DNA of 46,017 nucleotides from a virus. Its lineage: Duplodnaviria; Caudoviricetes. A program made the translations under genes and the position numbers. Of this stretch, positions 1 to 8,786 are shown piece by piece. Under the pieces are notes generated by a model. The model was not told the origin of the DNA. It saw only the letters and a program-made list of their open reading frames with translations, and did no database searches. The DNA is taken from positions 1 to 46,017 of the IMG/VR virus record IMGVR_UViG_3300023105_000057, one strand, 5' to 3'. How positions within the stretch are numbered: the first letter of the stretch is position 1; each line of letters begins with the position of its first letter.

Positions 1-1123
1 ATGCGCCCTCAACAAACAATCGTGTTCCTTTAGGTATAAACTTAGGTTCTTTCCATGTGTATGACAGTTGCCAAGCATACTCATAACGTGGGATGTCAAT
101 AAGTTCTTCCCAAGTGCCGTCAGGATAATATGCAGTTGCTTTCATACTCTTGCCTCTAAAGTGCATATGGGGTAAGAACGTATGCAAGTTTATGTCGTTT
201 TGCAATGTTATTTCTGCTGTCTGCACAAAGTTTGGATCGTATGGAGGAATGTTTGTCCATGTATTAGGAAAGATACACGCACAGTCTCCTGCCATTCTTT
301 CTTCTGGTACTACACCTTCATCGTGGAAGTATAGTCCGATACGTGCTTTGTCAGTACGTGCTGTGCCGTCTGGTGTATAGTGTAGTTGTAAGTTTACAAT
401 ACTGCCTGCACGTAGCAAACCGCCAGTGTTCTCATCATAAAAGTCAGGTGTGCCTCCAGGAACATAAGCACTGATTTGTGCGTAGTCCATGTTGCCTTGT
501 CCTTCGCCTGATGTGCCAAGCAAGTTCATGTTGCGTTCACCTGGTAGTGATACAGTGTTGAGCATATGATGCATAACAGTAGGTTCTGATGGTAGAAATT
601 CTGAACCACGTAACCACTTGTCCTCTGTCAATCCCAAATCTACACTGGTATAACGATAAGGAATAGCATTAGGACCGAGAGTACCGACAGCAGGTATCTC
701 TTGAGGAGGCACTTCTATAATCATATCTGGTTCACCGTTTACCCATTCGCTCGTAGAGTAAACCGTTTCAGTCAATGGGTCTCTATCACCAGTAACAGGT
801 GCGCCTGCGTCTATCCAAGCCAACAGTGTTTCTTCTTCTGTGTGGCTTAGTGTTCTATGATTAACAATAACATCAGCATACTTTGGATTAATTTGCCCAG
901 GAGGCATACGTTTCTCAACGATAGCCTCTCTCATTGCAGGAGCAAATCCTTGAACAATTTGATAATTGCTCATAGCCCATGGTGCAATGCCATTTTCTCT
1001 GTGACACATTTGACATTGCTCAATAAGAATAGGTGCTACATTTTCTGCATAATCTATAGCAATGTCATCGTGAGCAAACGCTGCTGTGCTAATCGTTAGC
1101 AGTAGCAATAATAGTTTTTGCAT
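1..1123 (-). CDS. Exported cytochrome c / copper type II (PHM/DBH-like) monooxygenase fusion, paralogue B; 3' end runs off the window (not in the ORF track)
   Basis: Manual translation from ATG at 1123 (GGAGGAG just upstream, inside the previous gene) is open for 374 codons to the window edge: MQKLLLLLLTISTAAFA signal peptide, CQMCH, KRMPP, WIDAG, VMHHM, QLHY, LPHMH. Overlaps the upstream paralogue by 35 nt. Confidence 0.85.
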   Translation of the reverse strand, partial: MQKLLLLLLTISTAAFAHDDIAIDYAENVAPILIEQCQMCHRENGIAPWAMSNYQIVQGFAPAMREAIVEKRMPPGQINPKYADVIVNHRTLSHTEEETLLAWIDAGAPVTGDRDPLTETVYSTSEWVNGEPDMIIEVPPQEIPAVGTLGPNAIPYRYTSVDLGLTEDKWLRGSEFLPSEPTVMHHMLNTVSLPGERNMNLLGTSGEGQGNMDYAQISAYVPGGTPDFYDENTGGLLRAGSIVNLQLHYTPDGTARTDKARIGLYFHDEGVVPEERMAGDCACIFPNTWTNIPPYDPNFVQTAEITLQNDINLHTFLPHMHFRGKSMKATAYYPDGTWEELIDIPRYEYAWQLSYTWKEPKFIPKGTRLFVEGA

Positions 1124-2372
1124 TTCTCTCCTCCACTAATCGTTCATATTCCTCATCATCCAAGTGCGTAATGGCTAACCAAGCGTGAGTCATCTCATCA
1201 CCTGTACGACTGCCTCCTACTACCCACATATCAGGGTCAGGATTGTTTGGGTTATTAGCCGTATTGTCATACCACTGTTTAAGAACTATGACTGCTCCGG
1301 CCGGAATTAACGGTGCAACATCTTGTGCATACAAGTGACTATGATGCCAAGTTGCTGACCAATTTGAAATTTGACTTACAGGTTCTGTTCTACCTGTTTC
1401 TGGGTAGAAAATTTCAAGTGATGCTGCGTTCATTCTCAAGTGCCCGTGTGGCTGAAAACTATCTAAACGTACAGGGTGGTCGAAACTATGAAACCCTTGA
1501 GTCATATAGTAACCGTGAGGAGGAATAGCAATATCATCTTGCTGTCCTAAACGATACAATGACAAGTCTTGCTTGAATCGTAAGTCTTTGCTTGTTTCTT
1601 CATCGTGGAACCAAATGCCAATCTCCACTACATTATCTTTAATCATCGCACCTTCAGCAGTTGCGCCTACTCCACCTGGGAACATATGAATGTCCCACGA
1701 TACTTTTGCGTTTGCTGGGAATGTACGACAAACTCCTTCAGGTACAATCTCTCCCCACTTGCCCATAGCATATTCAGTCAACATACCTTCTCTGCCTTGT
1801 TCTGTGAGAAAGCTGCTGTTAGCGTGGTGTACTACTGCTGCGGCATCACCTCTGGGTTTTACTTGTACTGCTTTGATACATTGACTTTCTGATACGCCTG
1901 AATCAACAATCTCCTTACTCCACAAGTCATTTCCGTTTGCAGGAATATCATACGGACTTGATGCTACAATCACTGTAGGTTGTCCGAATAAAGGTGTAAA
2001 CTTCCATTCATTTGGGTCAGGCATTTCGGGTAGTTGTACTACTCTGTCAGGATCACCGTAAGGCGAACCTGCATTAACCCATGCTACTACAGTGTCAATC
2101 TGTTCTTGGGAGAGTCGCCAATCGCCCTCAAGGTCTTGAATGCCTATGCCGTGGTCATACGCATAGGGAGGCATCTCTCTGTTTGCTACTCGCATTTGAA
2201 TAAGAGGAGCCCAGGGTCTTACCTGCTCATAGGTTTCAAAACTCATTGGGCCTACACCACCAGGACGGTGGCAAGTTACACAGTTATTATTGATGATTTC
2301 TGCTACATCATCTGTGTATGTTTGTGCTGTTGCTAAGGTAGGTAGCAACATAAGAAATAAAAATTTCTTCAT
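1089..2372 (-). CDS. Exported cytochrome c / copper type II (PHM/DBH-like) monooxygenase fusion, paralogue A
   Basis: Likely start is MKKFLFLMLLPTLATA at 2372 (GGAG 8 nt upstream). CVTCH heme motif, EMPP candidate distal Met, WVNAG; VVHHA and WDIH (CuH site); PHGH and GDEM (CuM site). Confidence 0.85.
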   Translation of the reverse strand: MKKFLFLMLLPTLATAQTYTDDVAEIINNNCVTCHRPGGVGPMSFETYEQVRPWAPLIQMRVANREMPPYAYDHGIGIQDLEGDWRLSQEQIDTVVAWVNAGSPYGDPDRVVQLPEMPDPNEWKFTPLFGQPTVIVASSPYDIPANGNDLWSKEIVDSGVSESQCIKAVQVKPRGDAAAVVHHANSSFLTEQGREGMLTEYAMGKWGEIVPEGVCRTFPANAKVSWDIHMFPGGVGATAEGAMIKDNVVEIGIWFHDEETSKDLRFKQDLSLYRLGQQDDIAIPPHGYYMTQGFHSFDHPVRLDSFQPHGHLRMNAASLEIFYPETGRTEPVSQISNWSATWHHSHLYAQDVAPLIPAGAVIVLKQWYDNTANNPNNPDPDMWVVGGSRTGDEMTHAWLAITHLDDEEYERLVEERNAKTIIATAND

Positions 2373-2436
2373 ATCGGTTTCTCCGTTGTAGTCCATAAAG
2401 GAAAAACAGGACGTTATCTCAACGTGCTATTTACAC

Positions 2437-2444
2437 TATTTATA
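2437..2444 (-). promoter_or_regulatory. T4-type late promoter box TATAAATA upstream of the monooxygenase pair
   Basis: Perfect TATAAATA on the minus strand, just downstream of the gp23 terminator and about 65 nt upstream of the 2372 start. A variant TGTAAATA follows at 2428-2435. Confidence 0.75.
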
Positions 2445-2463
2445 CACATTATATAGTATAGAT

Positions 2464-2489
2464 AAAAAAAGGGGCTACATTGTAGCCCC
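2464..2489 (-). terminator. Rho-independent terminator after gp23
   Basis: Minus strand GGGGCTAC-AAT-GTAGCCCC followed by a T7 run, about 30 nt after the gp23 stop. Confidence 0.9.
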
Positions 2490-2520
2490 CTCAAAAATGT
2501 CCCTATTGGGATTCTTTTTA

Positions 2521-3786
2521 TTACATCAGGTTAGTAACCTTAACTGAACGATAATACTGGTTACGATCTGCTGTGAATGTATCAGCGTCAGTAGTGCCAT
2601 CAGACTGAGTTACGTATGGGTTAGCAATCATGCCGTAACGAGTCTTGAAGCCAATCTTTGGCTGGAATGTGCTTGGATCAATCGCTCTGACCATCTGTAA
2701 AGGAACATACGGACAGTAGAAAAGACCTGCGTCATAAGGGCTAGTGCCTTTGTATCCAGCTACGTAGAACTGAGAAGCTGCACCAGTGTTAGCACTGTAA
2801 GGGTCGATGTATACTCTGTAACGACCGTTCAGTACACCAGCAAAAGTGTTGCCTGTATCATCAACCTGCAAGTTGTTGCTCAAGCCTGAGCTGTAGTCAA
2901 GTACGCCGGACATGGCAAGTGCAGAAGCTACGTCAGAAGAACAAATGATGAAGTTACCTTTGCCCCTACGAGTGTCTTGTGCAATTACGTTGGCATCACG
3001 CTCAATGTTGAACATGAGGCCTTTGAAGCGTTCTACAGACCAACGACCGTTGCTATCAACGTCAAGGTCGAAAGTACCAGGAGTTGCTGTAGAAGCAGCA
3101 CCAGTCTTCGCTACCTTGTAGATAGTACGGATAACTTCACGGTTGATTTCAGCGAGAATTTCCTGAGAAAGAATGTTGCTCAGTTCGCTTTCTGCGTCAA
3201 GACCATGAATCGCTTTCAGGTCCTGGGCAAGTTCAACAGTGTATTCTGCTTTCAGAGCACGTGACTTGGCAGTTACAGTGGTCTTCTCAATGCTGAATGC
3301 CATTTCATTCAGAGTTGTTGAGTCACCGAAACCTTCAGCAGTTGAAGTAGTTACACCAGTACCAGTAGTATAAGTACCGTCAACAGGGTTAGAACCTGCG
3401 TGAGTACCAGTACCAGAGAAGTCAGTATCGGCTTCGTTAAACAGGGCTTCAGTACCAGTCTGGCTAGCATAGTGTGACTTCATAGCGAAGATCAAACCAG
3501 TAGGACCAGTCATAGGCTGAACGCCAGCTACGTCATACGCCATCAGATTGGGAAGAGCTCGTCTTACCAGGCTGATTAGAATAGGATCATAGTTGTCTAC
3601 AGAAGCGCCAGTGGCGTTTGCGTGTGTTGCTTCGAAAAGGGCTGCTTTTTCTTCACGCAGAGCCTTTTCCTGATTTTCGAGAACTACAGCAGTTACCGAT
3701 CTCTTGTACGGATCTGCAATTTCTTGCAGGCTCTCGTGCTTAAGAACAGGTTCCCACTTCTTCTCTAACTGTTCAGATAAAAACAT
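2521..3786 (-). CDS. gp23: Major capsid protein
   Basis: T4-like MCP motifs: LISLVRRALPNLMAYDVAGVQPMTGPTGLIFAM, AKSRALKAEYTVELAQDLKAIHGLDAE, FYCPYVPLQMVRA, QPKIGFKTRYG. Confidence 0.98.
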   Translation of the reverse strand: MFLSEQLEKKWEPVLKHESLQEIADPYKRSVTAVVLENQEKALREEKAALFEATHANATGASVDNYDPILISLVRRALPNLMAYDVAGVQPMTGPTGLIFAMKSHYASQTGTEALFNEADTDFSGTGTHAGSNPVDGTYTTGTGVTTSTAEGFGDSTTLNEMAFSIEKTTVTAKSRALKAEYTVELAQDLKAIHGLDAESELSNILSQEILAEINREVIRTIYKVAKTGAASTATPGTFDLDVDSNGRWSVERFKGLMFNIERDANVIAQDTRRGKGNFIICSSDVASALAMSGVLDYSSGLSNNLQVDDTGNTFAGVLNGRYRVYIDPYSANTGAASQFYVAGYKGTSPYDAGLFYCPYVPLQMVRAIDPSTFQPKIGFKTRYGMIANPYVTQSDGTTDADTFTADRNQYYRSVKVTNLM

Positions 3787-3824
3787 TGAAGTTTCTCCTT
3801 ATTGTTGTTATAAACTAACTTTAC

Positions 3825-3832
3825 TATTTATA
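3825..3832 (-). promoter_or_regulatory. T4-type late promoter box upstream of gp23
   Basis: Perfect intergenic TATAAATA; AAGGAG RBS downstream. Confidence 0.85.
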
Positions 3833-3835
3833 ATA

Positions 3836-5002
3836 TTAAAATTTTGTACTTTTGCTAAGAGCTTCAGCATATTTGCTCATAACAGTGTTTTCAGTCAAAG
3901 AAACTTCATCTACAGAATCTTCTAATGTATCAGTAGACTCTGCGATTTCCTTACGGAAATAGTTGTCTTTAACTACCTTTAACTTGTTTTCATATGACTC
4001 TGCGCTAGTATAAGAAATATCTTCTACCATTACAGCAAACTTCTCTGCGTCAGTATCGGCAAGTCCTTCAGCAATATCAGCAAAAATATTTTGCTTCTTC
4101 AGGACTACTGATTCCTCGTTAAGATCCATGTTCTTCTGAACCTGCTCATCAAGCTTGCTCTGAAGGTCATCAATCTTAGTCTGCATTTCAGTCATTACGT
4201 CATATTTTTCTTCGGGTACTTCAATGTAGTGCTCGGTAAATACCTGCTGCATACCCTTAATGAAGGACTCAGTGATCTCGTTACGAAGGCCGTTTTCAAC
4301 AGCAAGTTCGTTTTCCTTCATCCAATTCTCTGTAACATAGTTGAGGTACTTGTCGATATTCTCAACCATTTCTTCCAGTTTGTTTTCAAACTCAATATTG
4401 GCCTGTTCTTCGAGATCTGCCTCGATAGCTTCTACTTCGTTTGCTACACGGGAAGTAACAACAGCTTCAAAGATTTCAGCTGCTTTAACTTTAAATTCTT
4501 CAGTGAGGTTTTCATCACCTTCAAAGAGAGCATTGAGATCTTCTTCGTAAAGGACATCGTCATCTACTGCGACTTCTTCCTCTTCTTCGATTTCTTCAAC
4601 TTCTTCTTCAGTAATTTCTTCTACTTCTTCCTCAACGGCTTCGTCTTCTACTAAAACTTCATCTTCTTCAAGTTCAGCTTCTTCACGATGTACGTTGCCC
4701 GCAGAGGACTTTTTCATTACATCAGTTTCGCTTGGCTTGTCGTTGACAAAGTTTGCAGGAGCTTCTTTAGCGCCGTTACCTGCAGGAAGAGTATTATCTT
4801 TGCTCGCCTTAGCAGAAGCAGCCTTACCCACAGTTGAAGTCAAACCACCCTCAGCATTACCAGTACCTGAAAGGTCCTGTTGCTCAGGGGATGCGTTTGA
4901 ATCGCCTTGAGTAGGGTTGCTATCGTCACGAGCAGTGAGCTTATCTTTAGGACGGTTTGCTGCACCCTCCATAAGCTCTCTGATTTTAGACTCTACACCC
5001 AT
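3836..5002 (-). CDS. gp22: Prohead core scaffold protein
   Basis: Acidic coiled coil with EEFKVKAAEIFEA, IDKYLNYV..WM.ENELAVE.GLR, FTEHYIEVPEEK; lies between gp21 and gp23. Confidence 0.93.
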   Translation of the reverse strand: MGVESKIRELMEGAANRPKDKLTARDDSNPTQGDSNASPEQQDLSGTGNAEGGLTSTVGKAASAKASKDNTLPAGNGAKEAPANFVNDKPSETDVMKKSSAGNVHREEAELEEDEVLVEDEAVEEEVEEITEEEVEEIEEEEEVAVDDDVLYEEDLNALFEGDENLTEEFKVKAAEIFEAVVTSRVANEVEAIEADLEEQANIEFENKLEEMVENIDKYLNYVTENWMKENELAVENGLRNEITESFIKGMQQVFTEHYIEVPEEKYDVMTEMQTKIDDLQSKLDEQVQKNMDLNEESVVLKKQNIFADIAEGLADTDAEKFAVMVEDISYTSAESYENKLKVVKDNYFRKEIAESTDTLEDSVDEVSLTENTVMSKYAEALSKSTKF

Positions 5003-5044
5003 TGTTTTATCTCCTTTTACGGTTAGATTTAATATAGTCTTATA

Positions 5045-5052
5045 TATTTATA
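5045..5052 (-). promoter_or_regulatory. T4-type late promoter box upstream of gp22
   Basis: Perfect intergenic TATAAATA. Confidence 0.85.
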
Positions 5053-5056
5053 CAAA

Positions 5057-5716
5057 TTAAATATTAGATAGCCTATTTAAAAATTCGTTGAAAGCACGTA
5101 TTTTGGCCTCAGCGAGGTCTTTACTGCTTGCTTTCTTAATAAACTGCTGTGTTTCTTCGATTTCTCTTTCTTGCCATACACCTTTAACAAACACCCATTC
5201 TCTGCCTTCCATGATGCCCTGTACATAAGCATCTGGGGCTGAAGGGTCAGCAACAATATCAGCTGCTGTGGCAAGCATGAAGTCGTCTTGTACTTCATTA
5301 ATGCCTTCGCTGTTTTCTTTCAGTGAGCCAAGACCACGTGAAGAAACACCAAGTCCTGCACCTTCTTTAATTAGGCTTGCGGCAATGTTACCCATAGGAG
5401 TGTCAAGGATCTTAGCCTTGCCTATCCAGTTATCGCCATCTTCTCTAAGAGAGGTAATCATATGTGAAACACGGTCGAGATTAATATTAGGACCGTCTGG
5501 GTGCCCAAGTTCTCCGTATGCTCTCTTAGTGTTGACCTGTTCCTGCATATAACGGTCTACTTCTTTCGCCATAATCTCTCTGGGATAGACACGACCGTTT
5601 CTGTTTTGTAAGTTAGACTGTAGAAAGACGCCTTCGATATAGAGGCTCTTCTTGCCTGACTCTGATTCTTCTACAATAAACTGTAGGTCTTCGTTAAGTT
5701 CTTTTATTAGTCTCAT
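5057..5716 (-). CDS. gp21: Prohead maturation protease
   Basis: NRNGRVYP, GELGHP, LDRVSH, GVSSRGLGS, DIVADPSAPDA. Confidence 0.96.
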   Translation of the reverse strand: MRLIKELNEDLQFIVEESESGKKSLYIEGVFLQSNLQNRNGRVYPREIMAKEVDRYMQEQVNTKRAYGELGHPDGPNINLDRVSHMITSLREDGDNWIGKAKILDTPMGNIAASLIKEGAGLGVSSRGLGSLKENSEGINEVQDDFMLATAADIVADPSAPDAYVQGIMEGREWVFVKGVWQEREIEETQQFIKKASSKDLAEAKIRAFNEFLNRLSNI

Positions 5717-6105
5717 TAGCCTAGACTCCCATCAGCACCTTGGTGTTGCTGTGAACCGTAACCTGATACTTTAGCACAATCAACTATGACAGTTCCGCCG
5801 TTGCCGCCTGAAATAACTACTTCGATGTCTTGGTCATTCTCATCTGTGTCTGCCCAGCCGTAAAAATCTAAAGTACCTGATTCTGTCAGTTCGTATAGAA
5901 TTTTACTATTGCGCTGAACATATGCACGAGCTGAAGCAGATAATGTCCATTGTAGTCCTTTGATATTGACAGCAGGGCTTGACTGTGTTTCTGTTGACTT
6001 TTTTAAATCTGTTGCTAAAGCGATAGTACCTGTGGCTGCTGTGCCTCTGACGGCCACAACGCCTTGGACCTGCGTCAACTTTAGTACATCTACTGTGACC
6101 GCCAT
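5716..6105 (-). CDS. Hypothetical head-operon protein (probably beta-rich)
   Basis: 129-aa ORF with GGAG RBS; stop overlaps the gp21 start; no family recognised with certainty. Confidence 0.65.
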   Translation of the reverse strand: MAVTVDVLKLTQVQGVVAVRGTAATGTIALATDLKKSTETQSSPAVNIKGLQWTLSASARAYVQRNSKILYELTESGTLDFYGWADTDENDQDIEVVISGGNGGTVIVDCAKVSGYGSQQHQGADGSLG

Positions 6106-6117
6106 CTATTTTCTCCG

Positions 6118-6417
6118 TTACTTTTTCTTTTTGTGGTTCATGTGAGATTCTTGAGCAAGGACTTGTACGCCTTCTTCAGAAATCTCAACCTGTTCGATAC
6201 CATGTTCAAACATAACCTTATACCAAGCAACATTGCCTTCATCATCTGGAATGGCGTGTTCGCCTGTGATAGGTGTACCTTCACCAAAACCTTCTTTGAA
6301 GATCTTAGTAGCACACATATGCTTGTCGCCTTCTAATGAGCCTTTTTCGACTCCATCCATTGGCGCCTCTTGGATATCTACCTCAACGCCTTCTCTGAAT
6401 TGTCTAAACGTCTTCAT
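6118..6417 (-). CDS. Prohead core / internal protein-like, His/Cys-rich
   Basis: N-terminus MKTFRQFRE resembles the T4 internal-protein capsid-targeting leader; HMCA, EHA, FEHG, SHMNH; lies between portal and protease. Confidence 0.65.
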   Translation of the reverse strand: MKTFRQFREGVEVDIQEAPMDGVEKGSLEGDKHMCATKIFKEGFGEGTPITGEHAIPDDEGNVAWYKVMFEHGIEQVEISEEGVQVLAQESHMNHKKKK

Positions 6418-6673
6418 TATCGTCTCCTGTTTCGACTGTTTCAGGCTCGGCGGCAGGGTCTACCTCAAGTATATGATCTTCACCATCTGCCAAACCCATT
6501 GCTTCTAATTCTGGATTCTTAAAAACACTTCTCGCAAGTTCTGCTTTATAGTCATTTAGAGCTTCTCCCGCTCTTGCCTGCATGATATTATTAAACTTGT
6601 CTTGCACTTCACTGGCCTTACCTTGGGCCATAGACTGCATCATGTCTCTGATTGCTTCTTGTCTATCCATCAT
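6404..6673 (-). CDS. Small acidic prohead core protein (gp67 position)
   Basis: Immediately downstream of and overlapping the portal gene; helical N-half and acidic tail as in gp67. Mostly a positional call. Confidence 0.6.
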   Translation of the reverse strand: MMDRQEAIRDMMQSMAQGKASEVQDKFNNIMQARAGEALNDYKAELARSVFKNPELEAMGLADGEDHILEVDPAAEPETVETGDDNEDV

Positions 6674-8211
6674 TGTTCTCCTGTATCTTCACCAGCAGCC
6701 TGTTGCTGCATTGCCATTTCGTGTTCTTGATCCTGAGTCATAAAAGGTTCTTCCATCTGCATCTGCATATTGATTTCTTCCAACTGTTCATCTGTAAGCA
6801 TAAGTATTTCTTTTTGAACATACTCCTTACTAAACAGTGCGCCAATATAAGAAGAAGCACCTTGTAAAACTTCAAATCTACTTCTCAAAATCTCCTGATT
6901 CTTCGATTCAGTATAGTAAGCATCTTGTGCATACACATACTTAATATTGTCTCTATGTAGTTTCCAATCATCTTCTGTCATAATATTCTTAAGGACTAAT
7001 TGCGTCTTTAACATATCATCAAACATGGTTGAAAACTTCTTTCTCAACTTAGAAACAAACTTGGTAAACTTTAGTTCATCTCTGTTAATCTCAGCTGCTC
7101 GGCCAAAGTTTAGGCCTGCTTGCTGCTCTAATCTTGATACAGGAACATTCAATGACTGATATAACTTCTTCTGGAAGTATTCTATATCTTCTATCTGTCC
7201 TAAATTCTGTCCTGCTGGCAGTGTGTCAATCTGTGTTCCTTGACTGCCTTCTCTACGTGGAAGCCAAAAGTCCTCCAACATAGACATAAACTTCTTATCG
7301 TCCCTTATCTCACCTGTGTTAGCATCATACACTAACTTGTTACGATATCTATCCATGATATCCTTCAGGTATTGTTCTGCTCTGTTGCTTGGTAAGTTAC
7401 CAACGTCAACATAAAATATTCTACGTTCTGGAGCGCGTGTAATACGATAAATTACTGCTGCGTTCTCCATCATTCTGAGTTGGTTAGCTGGTCTAATAGC
7501 CTTATGTAGGTAGGACAAAGGAATATTTTTGTCCTGATCTATCAAACCACTCGGGCAATACACTATTGCATCCTTTGTAATTTTTAGAGAGCTATCGGTT
7601 TCAGCTGCTCTATATTGTCCGGGTTTATTTGCTATACCCTTTTCATTATATAAGAAAAATTCTTCTGTGCTTTTAATGAAAGAAACACCCTGTTGGTTTT
7701 TTTCTTTCTTTACTTCCTTGACCTTCGTCATTTTACGAGGATCAATATAACGTATGTCTTTTATACCGTCTTGAGGCTTTTCAGTATCAATTACTTTGTG
7801 AAAGTACATTCTACCATCAATGTACCAACGTCTAAAGTAATCTTGAGCCCTATCATTAAACTGTAGTAAGGACAAAAGATACTCAAATTCTGAATGTATT
7901 TTGTTCTTAATACTGTTCGACAAATCTACATCATCTAAGTCTAACTTCAATGGCTTTTCATCATCAAGGTTAGCAATACTATCATTCACAATATCTTCAA
8001 TAGCAGCATCAACATCGGCCATCATGGCAATGTCTCTGTAGCGCTTAATTAACTGTGCTTCGGTATTAGCAACGCCTTCAATATCTAAGTAGGTGCCGTA
8101 ATAGCCACCTGCTCGTATACTTTCAACACCACCATCGTCCGTGGGTGCCACAAAGGATTTCTCCGTTTGTGGCACCTTAGCACGAGTTATTTCAAACCCA
8201 AAAATATTCAT
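6670..8211 (-). CDS. gp20: Portal protein
   Basis: FRRWYIDGR, LSYLHKAIRPANQLRMME, YRITRAPERRIFYVDVGNLP, MLEDFWLPRREG. Confidence 0.98.
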   Translation of the reverse strand: MNIFGFEITRAKVPQTEKSFVAPTDDGGVESIRAGGYYGTYLDIEGVANTEAQLIKRYRDIAMMADVDAAIEDIVNDSIANLDDEKPLKLDLDDVDLSNSIKNKIHSEFEYLLSLLQFNDRAQDYFRRWYIDGRMYFHKVIDTEKPQDGIKDIRYIDPRKMTKVKEVKKEKNQQGVSFIKSTEEFFLYNEKGIANKPGQYRAAETDSSLKITKDAIVYCPSGLIDQDKNIPLSYLHKAIRPANQLRMMENAAVIYRITRAPERRIFYVDVGNLPSNRAEQYLKDIMDRYRNKLVYDANTGEIRDDKKFMSMLEDFWLPRREGSQGTQIDTLPAGQNLGQIEDIEYFQKKLYQSLNVPVSRLEQQAGLNFGRAAEINRDELKFTKFVSKLRKKFSTMFDDMLKTQLVLKNIMTEDDWKLHRDNIKYVYAQDAYYTESKNQEILRSRFEVLQGASSYIGALFSKEYVQKEILMLTDEQLEEINMQMQMEEPFMTQDQEHEMAMQQQAAGEDTGEQ

Positions 8212-8232
8212 ATTATATTATCCTAATTACGA

Positions 8233-8748
8233 TTAAAAGTTATCGTAATGCTGGAACTGGAATGTTACCGTAAATTCTTCCAGTATGTCATTTTGCGAAT
8301 ATGCTAATGCAATCTCACTCATTTGTATTGGGAACGCATTACGTAGGGTGTAAGTACCACCAGGCAATACGTCATCATTTCTATCTAAATGCTGTACTAC
8401 TATATCTGCTTGATAATCAGAGGGAGTAAGAATCCCTGTGTTTTCAGCAGTAGAGTTCATGCCTTCCATCCACTGTTCCATAGGTCTACGTAGAGACTGC
8501 TCAGTGTCGTTTACTATAGTTACTGTCCATGGATCGAAAATACGTTCACCAGCTAGTTTAACCTCACGACCTCTGTACTGAATAATCGCTGGGTTAACAG
8601 TGGATGCCGGGACTGCCGCCCCGGTAACCAATAAGCTGTATGAAGTATCTACACCTGTGACATAACTAGGAAAGCCTAAAAGCACTCTAAACTGATTGGG
8701 ACGCGCACCACCAGCTCCAAGTCTTGCTTTAAAATCTGTGATATTCAT
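8233..8748 (-). CDS. gp19: Tail tube protein
   Basis: GGARPNQFRV, YRGREVKLAGERIFDPWTVT, EEFTVTF. Confidence 0.96.
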   Translation of the reverse strand: MNITDFKARLGAGGARPNQFRVLLGFPSYVTGVDTSYSLLVTGAAVPASTVNPAIIQYRGREVKLAGERIFDPWTVTIVNDTEQSLRRPMEQWMEGMNSTAENTGILTPSDYQADIVVQHLDRNDDVLPGGTYTLRNAFPIQMSEIALAYSQNDILEEFTVTFQFQHYDNF

Positions 8749-8774
8749 TTATTTTATCTCTCCTGTTTTTATTT

Positions 8775-8782
8775 TATTTATA
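8775..8782 (-). promoter_or_regulatory. T4-type late promoter box upstream of gp19
   Basis: Perfect intergenic TATAAATA; AGGAG RBS downstream. Confidence 0.85.
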
Positions 8783-8786
8783 CGCC

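Noticed and set aside
150-2336. Several short plus-strand ORFs (150-380, 857-1099, 1313-1528, 1605-1892, 1690-1884, 2034-2336)
   Set aside because: They are antisense shadows of the two monooxygenase genes, with no RBS or recognisable motifs.
1-2372. Idea that the copper monooxygenases modify the Tyr-rich needle during assembly
   Set aside because: Signal peptides and c-type heme place them outside the cytoplasm where virions assemble; contact would be possible only at lysis, and nothing in the sequence links them.
2373-2396. ORF-track start MDYNGETD for the 435-aa protein
   Set aside because: This stretch contains the GGAG RBS for the ATG at 2372, which gives a clean signal peptide.
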